This document shows, one piece after another, positions 9,321-18,416 of a stretch of DNA of 41,015 bases. A model generated the notes under the pieces. It was not told where the DNA came from. It saw only the letters and a program-made list of their open reading frames with translations, and searched no databases. The stretch's first letter is position 1. Every line of letters begins with the position of its first letter. The stretch lies in the IMG/VR virus record IMGVR_UViG_2537561977_000014, one strand, 5' to 3'. The DNA comes from a virus. Lineage: Duplodnaviria; Heunggongvirae; Uroviricota; Caudoviricetes. Position numbers and translations under genes: made by a program.

Positions 9321-9548
9321 ATGTTGAAAATTGATGCTATAGCGTTTTTTGGCAGCAAAACAAAGCTTGCCAATGCCGCAGGAGTTAGGCTGGCAAGCAT
9401 TGCTGCATGGGGGGAACTGGTTCCTGAAGGTCGCGCGATGCGCCTGCAAGAGGCATCTGGCGGGGAACTTCAGTACGACCCCAAAGTTTATGACGAATAT
9501 CGTAAGGCAAAACGACCTGGGAAGGTGATTCATGAAAATCAGGCATGA
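9321..9548 (+). CDS. dicC: Cro-like regulator, DicC-like
   Basis: 75 aa; MLKIDAIAFFGSKTKLANAAGVRLASIAAWGELVPEGRAMRLQEASGGELQYDPKVYDEYRK resembles E. coli DicC. Confidence 0.8.
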   Translation: MLKIDAIAFFGSKTKLANAAGVRLASIAAWGELVPEGRAMRLQEASGGELQYDPKVYDEYRKAKRPGKVIHENQA

Positions 9549-9954
9549 GCACATCGAATCAGTGCTGTTAGCCCTGGCAGCCGAAAAAGGGCAGGCGTGG
9601 GTCGCTAACGCAATTACTGAAGAATATCTGCGGCAGGGGGGCGGCGAATTGTCTCTGGTACCAGGCAAGGACTGGAACAATCAGCAGAATATCTATCACC
9701 GTTGGTTGAAAGGTGAAACGAAAGCGCAAAGGGAAAAAATTCAGAAACTGATCCCTGCGGTTCTGGCAATTCTTCCGCGTGAGCTGCGTCACCGACTCTG
9801 TATCTTCGATACCCTGGAACGCCGTGCATTACTGGCGGCGCAGGAAGCGTTGAGTACGGCAATTGATGCGCATGATGATGCTGTCCAGGCCGTTTACCGG
9901 AAAGCACATTTCAGCGGTGGTGGGTCGCCCGGCGATTCTGTCGTAGTGCATTGA
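9532..9954 (+). CDS. Early regulatory protein (140 aa), YdaT-like position
   Basis: ORF overlapping the dicC stop; size and position as in Rac ydaT. Confidence 0.5.
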   Translation: MKIRHEHIESVLLALAAEKGQAWVANAITEEYLRQGGGELSLVPGKDWNNQQNIYHRWLKGETKAQREKIQKLIPAVLAILPRELRHRLCIFDTLERRALLAAQEALSTAIDAHDDAVQAVYRKAHFSGGGSPGDSVVVH

Positions 9955-9998
9955 TTGAAATTAATCGTGCCGGATTGTTTTGTTCGGTATCAGTTAAA

Positions 9999-10417
9999 TG
10001 TAACGCTGCGAGCGTTACAAGGTGAAAACAAATGGCTTCAAACTGGATAAAGCTCGAGGTTATTACGCCGGATAAGCCGGAAATATTCAGGCTTGCTGAG
10101 ATTCTGAATATTGATCCAGATGCCGCATTAGGGAAGGTTATTCGCTTCTGGGCATGGGCGGATCAACAAATGATAGACGGTAATGCAGATTGTAACGCTC
10201 GCGGCGTTACAAAAAGTGCAATAGATCGCATCACTTTTATGTCTGGTTTTGCTGATGCGTTAATTCAGGTTGGATGGCTGGTCGAAAATGACGGTGGGCT
10301 TTCTCTACCTAACTTTGAACGTCATAACGGAAAAAGCTCTAAAAAACGGGCGGTTACAAACGAGCGAGTAACAAAAATACGCGAACTGAAACGAAAAGGT
10401 AACGCTGCCAGCGTTAC
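9999..10417. repeat. Three copies of a 21-bp palindrome (T/G)GTAACGCT-N3-5-AGCGTTACA at 9999-10019, 10191-10211 and 10397-10417
   Basis: Read directly; first copy just upstream of the replication gene, other two inside its coding sequence. Confidence 0.6.
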
Positions 10418-10814
10418 ACAAACGGATCAAAAAGCGTTACCAGAGGAAGAGGAAGATCTAAATACTGATCTCCCCCTAAATCCCCCTCGCCAAAAACGAG
10501 CGTCTAAAAAATTCGAGCCGGAGGCTATTGAGCTGCCCGATTGGTTGCCGGAAACACTCTGGCATGAGTGGGTCCGGTTCAGACAGGCATTGCGAAAACC
10601 GATTCGAACGGAGCAGGGCGCTAACGGGGCGATACGGGAACTGGAAAAATTCCGTCAGCAGGGTTTTACACCTGAGCAGGTGATTCGACACAGCATCGCC
10701 AATGAATACCAGGGCCTGTTCGCGCCGAAAGGTGTTCGGCCTGAGACGTTGCTCCGACAGGTTAACACCGTCTCGTTGCCGGACAGTGCGATCCCGCCAG
10801 GCTTCAGGGGGTAA
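10032..10814 (+). CDS. Phage replication initiation protein (O-like/YdaU-like)
   Basis: 260 aa ORF immediately upstream of a DnaC-like gene; contains internal palindromic repeats. Confidence 0.65.
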   Translation: MASNWIKLEVITPDKPEIFRLAEILNIDPDAALGKVIRFWAWADQQMIDGNADCNARGVTKSAIDRITFMSGFADALIQVGWLVENDGGLSLPNFERHNGKSSKKRAVTNERVTKIRELKRKGNAASVTQTDQKALPEEEEDLNTDLPLNPPRQKRASKKFEPEAIELPDWLPETLWHEWVRFRQALRKPIRTEQGANGAIRELEKFRQQGFTPEQVIRHSIANEYQGLFAPKGVRPETLLRQVNTVSLPDSAIPPGFRG

Positions 10815-10820
10815 CGGACC

Positions 10821-11567
10821 ATGAAAAATATTGCGACAGGCGGCGTTCTGGAACGCATCCGCCGACTGACCCCGCCACATGTAACCGCCCCATTCAGAAC
10901 GGTAGCGGAGTGGCGCGAGTGGCAACTTGCTGAAGGCCAGAAACGTAGCGAGGAGATCAACCGCCTGAATCGCCAGTTGCGGGTGGAAAAAATTCTGAAT
11001 CGCTCAGGCATCCAGCCGTTGCACCGTAAATGCTCGTTTGCGAATTACCAGGTGCAGAACGACGGCCAGCGATACGCGTTAAGCCAGGCGAAATCCATCG
11101 CCGATGAACTGATGACCGGGTGTACAAATTTTGCGTTCAGCGGAAAACCTGGTACCGGGAAGAATCACTTAGCGGCAGCTATCGGGAATCGCCTGCTGAA
11201 AGACGGTCAGACAGTGATTGTGGTTACCGTGGCTGATGTTATGAGCGCCCTGCACGCCAGCTATGACGACGGGCAGTCAGGCGAAAAATTTTTGCGGGAG
11301 CTGTGCGAAGTGGATCTGCTGGTTCTTGATGAAATTGGCATTCAGCGCGAGACGAAAAACGAGCAGGTGGTGCTGCACCAGATTGTTGATCGCCGGACAG
11401 CGTCGATGCGCAGCGTGGGGATGCTGACAAACCTGAACTATGAGGTGATGAAAACATTGCTCGGCGAGCGGGTGATGGATCGCATGGTCATGAACGGCGG
11501 GCGCTGGGTGAATTTTAACTGGGAGAGCTGGCGTCCGAATGTTAGCCATTCGAGGGTTGTTAAGTAG
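10821..11567 (+). CDS. Replicative helicase loader, DnaC/IstB-like ATPase
   Basis: Walker A GKPGTGKNHL and Walker B LLVLDEIG; typical lambdoid P/DnaC position. Confidence 0.85.
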   Translation: MKNIATGGVLERIRRLTPPHVTAPFRTVAEWREWQLAEGQKRSEEINRLNRQLRVEKILNRSGIQPLHRKCSFANYQVQNDGQRYALSQAKSIADELMTGCTNFAFSGKPGTGKNHLAAAIGNRLLKDGQTVIVVTVADVMSALHASYDDGQSGEKFLRELCEVDLLVLDEIGIQRETKNEQVVLHQIVDRRTASMRSVGMLTNLNYEVMKTLLGERVMDRMVMNGGRWVNFNWESWRPNVSHSRVVK

Positions 11568-11581
11568 TTTCAGGAGGATTT

Positions 11582-12004
11582 ATGGCGAAACCTTTTACTC
11601 CCGAACAGCGGGAAGAACTGAAGACGCGAATTGTGGAACTCGTGCATCAGGACGGTCGGGTCACGATTCGGCAGTTGTCAGATGAAACAGGTATCAGTCG
11701 TGCGTCTGTCGGTCGCTTATGCATGGAACTGGTCGCAAGTGGTGATGTATATAATTCTGGCTACGGCTTATTCCCGTCTGAACAGGCTCGCAAGGACTGG
11801 CAAAGCGCCCGCAAAAAACTCTCGAGAGTAAAGGTGAGGAAACCGGTTGTTGTTGATCCGGACCTTATCTGGTCATTACCTGACGGAGAAATACGCCGCT
11901 ACGACAGGCGCCTGAATATAATCTGTCGCGAGTGCCGGAAGAGCGAAGCTATGCAGCGTGTACTGGCTTTCTATCAGGGTAATTTTCAGGAGGCGATACT
12001 GTGA
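11582..12004 (+). CDS. Hypothetical nin-region protein, probable winged-HTH
   Basis: 140 aa; ..RVTIRQLSDETGISRASVGRLCMELV.. HTH-like segment. Confidence 0.5.
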   Translation: MAKPFTPEQREELKTRIVELVHQDGRVTIRQLSDETGISRASVGRLCMELVASGDVYNSGYGLFPSEQARKDWQSARKKLSRVKVRKPVVVDPDLIWSLPDGEIRRYDRRLNIICRECRKSEAMQRVLAFYQGNFQEAIL

Positions 12005-12061
12005 ATGAAATTAGCTATCAGGCTTCAATTACCGCTGGCATTCGCATCAAAGGAGAGGAGC

Positions 12062-12418
12062 ATGGAAATAAAACCAGAAGATGAGTTAAGCAATATCGTT
12101 TTATTTCCGATAAAAGAGGATGACCCTCGTAATCAGGTTAATTTTCTTTATGAGCCATCGGAAAGACCATATTGCCATCACGCCTCTGTACGGGTTGACG
12201 AAAAAGAGCGTCAGGTCCGCTGTAAAATCTGCGGTGCGGTTGTGGAGCCGTTTGACTGGATGCTCTCTGTGGCAAAAAGAGAAACCAGACTGGCAGATGA
12301 TGTAAGGCTATTGCGCCAGGAGGAACAGGAAAGGCGGAGAAATATAGAAAAGCTGATACAGATTGAGCGTAACGCGAAAGCGCGGATACGCAGGGCGACA
12401 AAATCCAGAACTGAATAA
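12062..12418 (+). CDS. Hypothetical protein with zinc-ribbon-like motif (HH..C-x2-C) and coiled-coil tail
   Basis: ATG 12062 preceded by AAAGGAGAGGAG; PYCHHASVRVDEKERQVRCKICGAVV. Confidence 0.5.
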   Translation: MEIKPEDELSNIVLFPIKEDDPRNQVNFLYEPSERPYCHHASVRVDEKERQVRCKICGAVVEPFDWMLSVAKRETRLADDVRLLRQEEQERRRNIEKLIQIERNAKARIRRATKSRTE

Positions 12419-12565
12419 TTAAATTTAGCACTGTTAAAAATTTAATCCTTAACCGGAGGGATTTCTGCACCCTCAAATCATCAGGAGACCGCCCGAAAGG
12501 GCGGGGAGCAGTCACACATCTGTTTCCGATAGCCCCGTTCTAATGCTACACTCTTTGATATTTTT

Positions 12566-13252
12566 ATGACCCCAATAAACATATTTATGACAGTTGCTGA
12601 TTTCAAACGGCCCAAATTGGAGCTCCCAAACGGGGCAAACAAACTACTACTGCACTCTTGCTGTGCTCCATGTTCCGGTGAGGTGATGGAGGCGCTTCAG
12701 GCCTCGGGAATCGACTACACCATCTTTTTCTACAACCCGAACATTCATCCTCAGAAAGAGTATTTAATTCGTAAGGATGAGAATATTCGCTTTGCTGAAC
12801 AACACGGCGTGCCGTTTATTGATGCTGATTACGACACAGACAACTGGTTTGAACGAGCCAAAGGAATGGAATGGGAGCCCGAACGAGGGATCCGTTGCAC
12901 CATGTGTTTTGACATGCGTTTTGAGCGGACAGCGCTGTACGCCGCTGAAAATGGTTTCAGTGTGATCAGCAGTTCACTGGGCATTTCACGCTGGAAAAAT
13001 ATGCAGCAGGTTAACGACTGTGGGCGGCGAGCCGTCGCGCATTATCCGGGCATGGTGTACTGGGATTATAACTGGCGCAAGCAGGGCGGCTCGTCCCGTA
13101 TGATTGAAATCAGCAAGCGCGAAAAATTCTATCAGCAGGAATATTGTGGCTGTGTGTATTCTCTGCGCGATACCAATCTACACCGCAAATCTCAGGGACG
13201 CCCTCTTATCAAAATTGGTCAACTCCACTACGGTAAAGAAGAGAAGGAGTGA
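12566..13252 (+). CDS. Epoxyqueuosine reductase QueH-like (DUF208)
   Basis: Conserved [11 protein letters not shown] motif plus CTMCFDMR and EYCGCV Cys clusters typical of QueH/DUF208. Confidence 0.7.
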   Translation: MTPINIFMTVADFKRPKLELPNGANKLLLHSCCAPCSGEVMEALQASGIDYTIFFYNPNIHPQKEYLIRKDENIRFAEQHGVPFIDADYDTDNWFERAKGMEWEPERGIRCTMCFDMRFERTALYAAENGFSVISSSLGISRWKNMQQVNDCGRRAVAHYPGMVYWDYNWRKQGGSSRMIEISKREKFYQQEYCGCVYSLRDTNLHRKSQGRPLIKIGQLHYGKEEKE

Positions 13253-13479
13253 TTTTATGGGGCACCTTTCTGATTGATTTCATATTGGCGAGGTAAGTAG
13301 AATGACTGCGGGTGCTTGAGGCTATCTGCTTCAGGCATGAACACCAAAAGGCAGATAGAGAAAAGCCCCAGTTAACATTACGCGTCCGGCAAGACGCTTA
13401 ACATTAATCTGAGGCCAATTTCATGCTTTGCACATGTAGGTTAGCCTCTTACATGCCGAAAGGCAAGGAGAAGCAGGCT

Positions 13480-13635
13480 ATGAAGCAGCAAAAGGCGATG
13501 TTAATCGCCCTGATCGTCATCTGTTTAACCGTCATAGTGACGGCACTGGTAACGAGGAAAGACCTCTGTGAGGTACGAATCCGAACCGGCCAGACGGAGG
13601 TCGCTGTCTTCGTAGACTACGAATCCAGGAAGTAA
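13480..13635 (+). CDS. hok: Hok/Gef-family type I toxin (HokD/RelF-like)
   Basis: MKQQKAMLIALIVICLTVIVTALVTRKDLCEVRIRTGQTEVAVF.. matches the Hok family; GC-rich fold-back hairpins and terminator in 13640-13760. Confidence 0.8.
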   Translation: MKQQKAMLIALIVICLTVIVTALVTRKDLCEVRIRTGQTEVAVFVDYESRK

Positions 13636-13884
13636 GAGTGACCGGGCGGGGAGCTGATCCCATCCCCGCCCACCTCTGATGTGTCAGGCATCCTCAACGC
13701 ACCCGCACTTAACCCGCCCATCGCTGTGATCTCTCAGCGTTTCGGCGGGTTTTTTGTTGTTTATTTCCGGTGAATTTGATTCGCGCACCTTCGCAGATAG
13801 AATCGACTCACTTAAGTAGCGCGCAGGGAGAAGAGGGATGGACCCCGAACAGGGGAGAGCTATTTATCTGGAAGGATTCTGAAG

Positions 13885-14172
13885 ATGAAAATCGAAGAAT
13901 TGCGTGAAATTTTTAGTGAAAATGGCCTCTATGCTGTGCGCGTTGAGAATGGAGCGATTGTCAGCCATTGCCGCATTAGATGTTTGCAATCTCAACAAAG
14001 GAAGAGCGGTGCTGTGTTATTTTATTTTTGTAATGGACTTCTGACGGACGGTTTTATTTTGCGTGAGGACGAATTTGTCACATCATTACGGGTTTTGAAA
14101 GAGATTGGTTTTAAGGCTGGTTTTCTGCTTTTGCTGAAGAATAAACTCATCTACAATCTTGAGCAGGATTGA
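13885..14172 (+). CDS. Hypothetical protein (95 aa), rem-position ORF
   Basis: ORF between hok and DUF1367 gene, same order as Qin hokD-rem-ydfU. Confidence 0.45.
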   Translation: MKIEELREIFSENGLYAVRVENGAIVSHCRIRCLQSQQRKSGAVLFYFCNGLLTDGFILREDEFVTSLRVLKEIGFKAGFLLLLKNKLIYNLEQD

Positions 14173-14210
14173 ACTCCTGCTGTGTAACACCGTGCCACCG
14201 GAGAAAGCCG

Positions 14211-14810
14211 ATGGCACATATACAACTGGTCAAACAAACCTCTTCCGGATTACTTCTCCCGGCGACGCCGGAGAGTTGCGATTTTCTGCATCAAATCAAA
14301 ATAGGTGAGTGGATACACGCAGACTTTAAGCGTGTGCGTAACTACGCATTCCACAAGCGTTTTTTCAAACTCCTGCAACTGGGTTTCGATTACTGGACTC
14401 CGGTCGGTGGGGCGATCACGCCTCGCGAACGAAAACTGGTGTCCGGTTTCGTTGATTACCTGTGTGAATCAGTAGGCCGGGAACATACGCCAGCTCTGAG
14501 CGAAGCCGCAGAGCAATATCTGAATACAGTTGCGACACGCAGAACCCGTGATACGGCATTGCTAAAGTCGTTTGAGGCTTTCCGCGAGTGGGTAGCCATT
14601 CAGGCCGGATTTTACACCGAGCATTTTTATCCGGACGGTAGCCGTGGGTGTCGGGCGAAATCTATCGCGTTTGCGAATATGGATGAAACCGAGTTTCAGC
14701 AGGTTTATAAATCTGTACTGAATGTGCTGTGGAACTGGATTCTGTTCCGTAAATTTTCCTCTCCGGAACAAGTCGAAAATGTGGCCGCGCAGCTGCTGGA
14801 GTTTGCGTAA
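14211..14810 (+). CDS. DUF1367 family phage protein (YdfU-like)
   Basis: ORF; conserved position upstream of the Q-like gene; start placed at MAHIQLVK. Confidence 0.55.
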   Translation: MAHIQLVKQTSSGLLLPATPESCDFLHQIKIGEWIHADFKRVRNYAFHKRFFKLLQLGFDYWTPVGGAITPRERKLVSGFVDYLCESVGREHTPALSEAAEQYLNTVATRRTRDTALLKSFEAFREWVAIQAGFYTEHFYPDGSRGCRAKSIAFANMDETEFQQVYKSVLNVLWNWILFRKFSSPEQVENVAAQLLEFA

Positions 14811-15040
14811 TGGTGGATTTACTTAAAGCGGCGCGGGGGCAGATGTGCACCGTCAGAATTCCTGGCTACTGCAATCACGATCCGGAAACGTCTGTGCTGG
14901 CGCATTACCGACTGGCGGGAACGTGCGGAACAGCGATAAAGCCACACGATATGCAGGCAGCGATTGCCTGTAGCTCGTGCCACGATTTAATCGACGGGCG
15001 GGTAAAACCAGCGATTACACCAAAGAAGAATTACGCCTGA
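14810..15040 (+). CDS. DUF1364-like Cys-rich protein (YbcO-like), possibly frameshifted near the 3' end
   Basis: ..CTVRIPGYCNHDPETSVLAHYRLAGTCGTAIKPHDMQAAIACSSCHDLID..; a conserved-looking C-terminus (..EELRLMHAEGVFRTQEIWRKEGYL) continues in another frame. Confidence 0.5.
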   Translation: MVDLLKAARGQMCTVRIPGYCNHDPETSVLAHYRLAGTCGTAIKPHDMQAAIACSSCHDLIDGRVKPAITPKKNYA

Positions 15041-15095
15041 TGCATGCAGAAGGTGTTTTTCGCACACAAGAAATCTGGAGAAAGGAGGGATATTT

Positions 15096-15650
15096 ATGAT
15101 TTACCCAACGAATACAGGAAAAAGCGGAGAACACCTTCGTCTCACCACGCTGGAAAGTGTCTGGATTCAGGGAAAACTACGTATGTGGGGGCGCTGGTCG
15201 TATATTGGTGGCGGTAAGACGGGGAATATGTTTAACCTGATGTTGACCTCTAAAAAGCTGACAAAAACGGCAATTAACGAGGCGCTCCGGAGGATGAAAA
15301 AAGCAGGTCTGAACAAGTCTGAACTTGAGGCTTTTTTGCGGGATATGATTAACGGTAAGCAAAAGAGCTGGCTGGCGCATTGTACTGATGCAGAGGCGTT
15401 ATGTATTGATCGGGTCATAAGTGAGGTGCTGGCAGAGCATCTAGGATTGATTAGCGTCCTTCGGCAACGGTATGAGGGGCGGGGGATGACCAAACGCAAA
15501 ATGGCTGAACTGCTGAATGATGCACACCCGAAATGGAGTTTAAGAACCTGTGAAAGACGCATTGAGCATTGGCTAAAGGTGGCAGAATTTATTTTGTACA
15601 AACCAATGGTTATGGCTTTTGGTATAGAGAAAAAAGTTATTGCTTTTTGA
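15096..15650 (+). CDS. Putative late-gene antiterminator (Q-like) by position
   Basis: 184 aa ORF immediately upstream of a strong terminator, tRNA cluster and lysis cassette; assignment positional. Confidence 0.45.
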   Translation: MIYPTNTGKSGEHLRLTTLESVWIQGKLRMWGRWSYIGGGKTGNMFNLMLTSKKLTKTAINEALRRMKKAGLNKSELEAFLRDMINGKQKSWLAHCTDAEALCIDRVISEVLAEHLGLISVLRQRYEGRGMTKRKMAELLNDAHPKWSLRTCERRIEHWLKVAEFILYKPMVMAFGIEKKVIAF

Positions 15651-15728
15651 CGTAAAAACTGCTTCAATTCTTGTACGCTTCGCAAAGCTGTACCGCGAGG
15701 CGAATAGCAGACATGGACATTTGAAAGA

Positions 15729-15751
15729 GCCCGCTTTATGCGGGTTTTTTT
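15729..15751 (+). terminator. Rho-independent terminator (tR'-like) after the Q-like gene
   Basis: GCCCGC-TTTAT-GCGGG followed by TTTTTTT. Confidence 0.65.
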
Positions 15752-15839
15752 ATACCTGAAAAACGGCACAGGACGTTAAACGTGCTGGTGGTCAGATGAG
15801 TTTGCAGATGTGATGACATATGGTTATTATTCTGCCTCC

Positions 15840-15916
15840 GGCCCTTTAGCTCAGTTGGTCAGAGCGAGCGACTCATAATCGCCAGGTCGCTGGTTCAAGT
15901 CCAGCAAGGGCCACCA
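15840..15916 (+). tRNA. tRNA with CAT anticodon, ileX/ileZ-like (tRNA-Ile2, or Met by anticodon)
   Basis: Cloverleaf folded by hand: acceptor GGCCCTT/AAGGGCC, anticodon loop CTCATAA, T-loop TTCAAGT, 3' CCA. Confidence 0.85.
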
Positions 15917-15917
15917 A

Positions 15918-15994
15918 CCACCACTAGCTCATCCGGATAGAGCATCAACCTTCTAAGTTGACGGTGCGAGGTTCGAGTCCTCGGTGGTGGGCCA
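15918..15994 (+). tRNA. tRNA-Arg (TCT)
   Basis: Acceptor CCACCAC/GTGGTGG, anticodon stem TCAAC/GTTGA, loop CTTCTAA, T-loop TTCGAGT, CCA. Confidence 0.85.
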
Positions 15995-15996
15995 GC

Positions 15997-16072
<76 letters not shown>

Positions 16073-16075
16073 TAT

Positions 16076-16150
<75 letters not shown>

Positions 16151-16441
16151 GTCAGAGTCTTTCAGTCTGCGATGATGGGAAATCCCGGAGTGACTGAAAG
16201 ACGTTTAAGTTATGAATGATCGCCTTTTTTTGCAAAATTGCTGTGCAGAAATACTAACCTTCGGGCGTGCGATCATTCATAAGCACTCTGCTTTTATTCC
16301 GATTAACTGTGAGTGGTTTGTTGGATAGAGTGCTTTCCTTACTGTATATATCGTTTCGCCCGCTTTTGCGTTTTTTCTTTTCAAATCCCTTTCATTTCTC
16401 AGTGTAAAACTACGCCATCCGTTATTTGCGGAGGTGAGGCT

Positions 16442-16657
16442 ATGAAATCCATGGACAAAATTTCAACGGGCATTGCCTACGGCACCTCCGCCGGCAGTGC
16501 CGGCTACTGGTTTTTGCAGTGGTTGGATCAGGTCAGTCCATCACAGTGGGCTGCGATTGGTGTGCTGGGAAGTCTGCTTCTGGGGCTTCTGACTTATCTG
16601 ACGAATCTGTATTTCAAAATAAGAGAAGATAAGCGTAAGGCTGCGAGAGGTGAATAA
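16442..16657 (+). CDS. Holin, phage-21 S-type (pinholin)
   Basis: [71 protein letters not shown]; two TM segments; RBS GAGG upstream. Confidence 0.85.
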   Translation: MKSMDKISTGIAYGTSAGSAGYWFLQWLDQVSPSQWAAIGVLGSLLLGLLTYLTNLYFKIREDKRKAARGE

Positions 16658-17154
16658 TGTCGCCATCATTACGCAAGGCTGTTGCAGTTGCTATTGGTGG
16701 CGGGGCTGTTGCTATAGCATCTGTGTTAATCACTGGCCCAAGTGGTAACGATGGTCTGGAAGGTGTCAGCTACATACCATACAAAGATATCATTGGTGTA
16801 TGGACTGTATGTCACGGACACACCGGAAAAGACATCATGCCTAGTAAAACGTATACCGAAGCAGAATGCAAAGCTCTCCTGAATAAAGACCTTGCCACTG
16901 TCGCCAGACAAATTAACCCGTACATCAAAGTCGATATACCGGAAACAACGCGCGGCGCTCTTTACTCGTTCGTTTACAACGTGGGCGCTGGCAATTTCAG
17001 AACATCGACGCTTCTTCGCAAAATAAACCAGGGCGATATCAAAGGCGCATGTGACCAGCTACGTCGCTGGACATATGCTGGCGGTAAGCAATGGAAAGGG
17101 CTGATGACCCGTCGTGAGATTGAGCGTGAAGTCTGTTTGTGGGGGCAGCAATGA
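16657..17154 (+). CDS. SAR endolysin (lysozyme-like, signal-anchor-release type)
   Basis: N-terminal Gly/Ala-rich weakly hydrophobic segment then lysozyme-like domain; start overlaps holin stop. Confidence 0.8.
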   Translation: MSPSLRKAVAVAIGGGAVAIASVLITGPSGNDGLEGVSYIPYKDIIGVWTVCHGHTGKDIMPSKTYTEAECKALLNKDLATVARQINPYIKVDIPETTRGALYSFVYNVGAGNFRTSTLLRKINQGDIKGACDQLRRWTYAGGKQWKGLMTRREIEREVCLWGQQ

Positions 17155-17621
17155 GCAGAGTCACCGCGATTATCTCCGCTCTGGTTATCTGCATCATCGT
17201 CTGCCTGTCATGGGCTGTTAATCATTACCGTGATAACGCCATTACCTACAAAGAGCAGCGCGACAAAAACGCAAGAGAACTGAAGCTGGCGAACGCAACC
17301 ATTACTGACATGCAGCAGCGCCAGCGTGCTGCTGATGCACTCGATGCTAAATACACGAAGGAGTTAGCCAATGCGAAAGCTGAAAATGATGCTCTTCGGC
17401 GCAAGCTTGATAATGGTGGTTGGGTGCTCGTCAAAGGAAAATGCCCTGTGCCATCCTCAGCCGAAACCTCCAGCGCCTCCGGCATGGGCAATGATGCCAC
17501 CGTCGAACTCTCTCCAGTTGCTGGACGAAACGTTCTCGGTATCCGGGACGGAATCATCAGCGACCAGACAGCATTGAGAATGCTTCAGGAGTACATCAGG
17601 ATCCAATGCCTTGGGGGGTAG
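17139..17621 (+). CDS. Rz (i-spanin)
   Basis: N-terminal TM segment then coiled-coil periplasmic domain; directly after endolysin. Confidence 0.75.
   Translation: MGAAMSRVTAIISALVICIIVCLSWAVNHYRDNAITYKEQRDKNARELKLANATITDMQQRQRAADALDAKYTKELANAKAENDALRRKLDNGGWVLVKGKCPVPSSAETSSASGMGNDATVELSPVAGRNVLGIRDGIISDQTALRMLQEYIRIQCLGG
17371..17577 (+). CDS. Rz1 (o-spanin lipoprotein) embedded in the +1 frame of Rz
   Basis: Signal peptide with lipobox VVGC, proline-rich mature region; fully nested in Rz. Confidence 0.7.
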   Translation: MRKLKMMLFGASLIMVVGCSSKENALCHPQPKPPAPPAWAMMPPSNSLQLLDETFSVSGTESSATRQH

Positions 17622-17709
17622 CGGTAATTTTACTCATTATCCTTCAAATCAGATTCTGTTGTCAGAGGAATGGGGGAAGCTGGATTCGCAAGAGCTTTTT
17701 ATGGGCAGT

Positions 17710-18222
17710 TTAGCTAAAAAAAGGCAACACGAAGCTAAAACTACCAACATAAAGTGCTGACCAGCTAGCAGCTGAAATCAGACTCACTGTATACACTTTC
17801 ACTGGATGAAGTTGCAACATTCCTGCCACCAAAGGAGCAATATAACGCAGCACGGCGATAAAGCGCGAAGTGAAAAGTATTGACACAGAGTTATTTTGCA
17901 ACTGAAGGCGAACCCGTTCTATTGTATTGGAACGGCTCGATATTATACATGCAAGTTGAGGGATATGCCCAATTATTATACCAAGATGGTAATTAACGAT
18001 AGTACCGCACCATGCGCCACTCATGACCGTGATTCCAGCTTCCCATGGTGAAAGAGTCGTCTTGCTGACTGTAATTACAGTGGCCATCATAATTGATGCT
18101 GGTGGCAATATCGCCGAAATGAGTAAAGTGGATTTTGTGAACGCTATTATAAAAAGAAGCCCCCATAGGCGATATGGATGAAGTACAAAATAGTTCATCA
18201 AAGCATTTATCCACTCCATCAA
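17710..18222 (-). CDS. Polytopic inner-membrane protein, DedA-family-like; opposite-strand moron between lysis and terminase genes
   Basis: Several hydrophobic segments; motif ..FTSRFIAVLRYIAPLVAGM.. resembles the DedA R-x-x-P..AG signature. Confidence 0.45.
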   Translation of the reverse strand: MMEWINALMNYFVLHPYRLWGLLFIIAFTKSTLLISAILPPASIMMATVITVSKTTLSPWEAGITVMSGAWCGTIVNYHLGIIIGHIPQLACIISSRSNTIERVRLQLQNNSVSILFTSRFIAVLRYIAPLVAGMLQLHPVKVYTVSLISAASWSALYVGSFSFVLPFFS

Positions 18223-18416
18223 TGTCTTTCCTTCTGTGAATTTTTCTTTGCTATTTAACCGTGATACGACTTAATTTAGGCTTAAACACCTTACATTTAC
18301 AAGGTACTCCTGTGGGGGGCCCTGCCACGGAGCGTCGCAGGAGTGAGTGATGAGGAAGAATTAAAGCAACCTATTGTGACAGGCAGCGATAACAGTAAAT
18401 CACAGGAAGCATAATC

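Noticed and set aside
9297-9907. Minus-strand ORFs overlapping dicC and the YdaT-like gene
   Set aside because: Overlap well-supported plus-strand genes; Pro/Arg-rich shadow translations.
17993-18214. 73-aa minus-strand ORF
   Set aside because: Alternative frame inside the DedA-like membrane protein gene; the longer frame has the transmembrane character.
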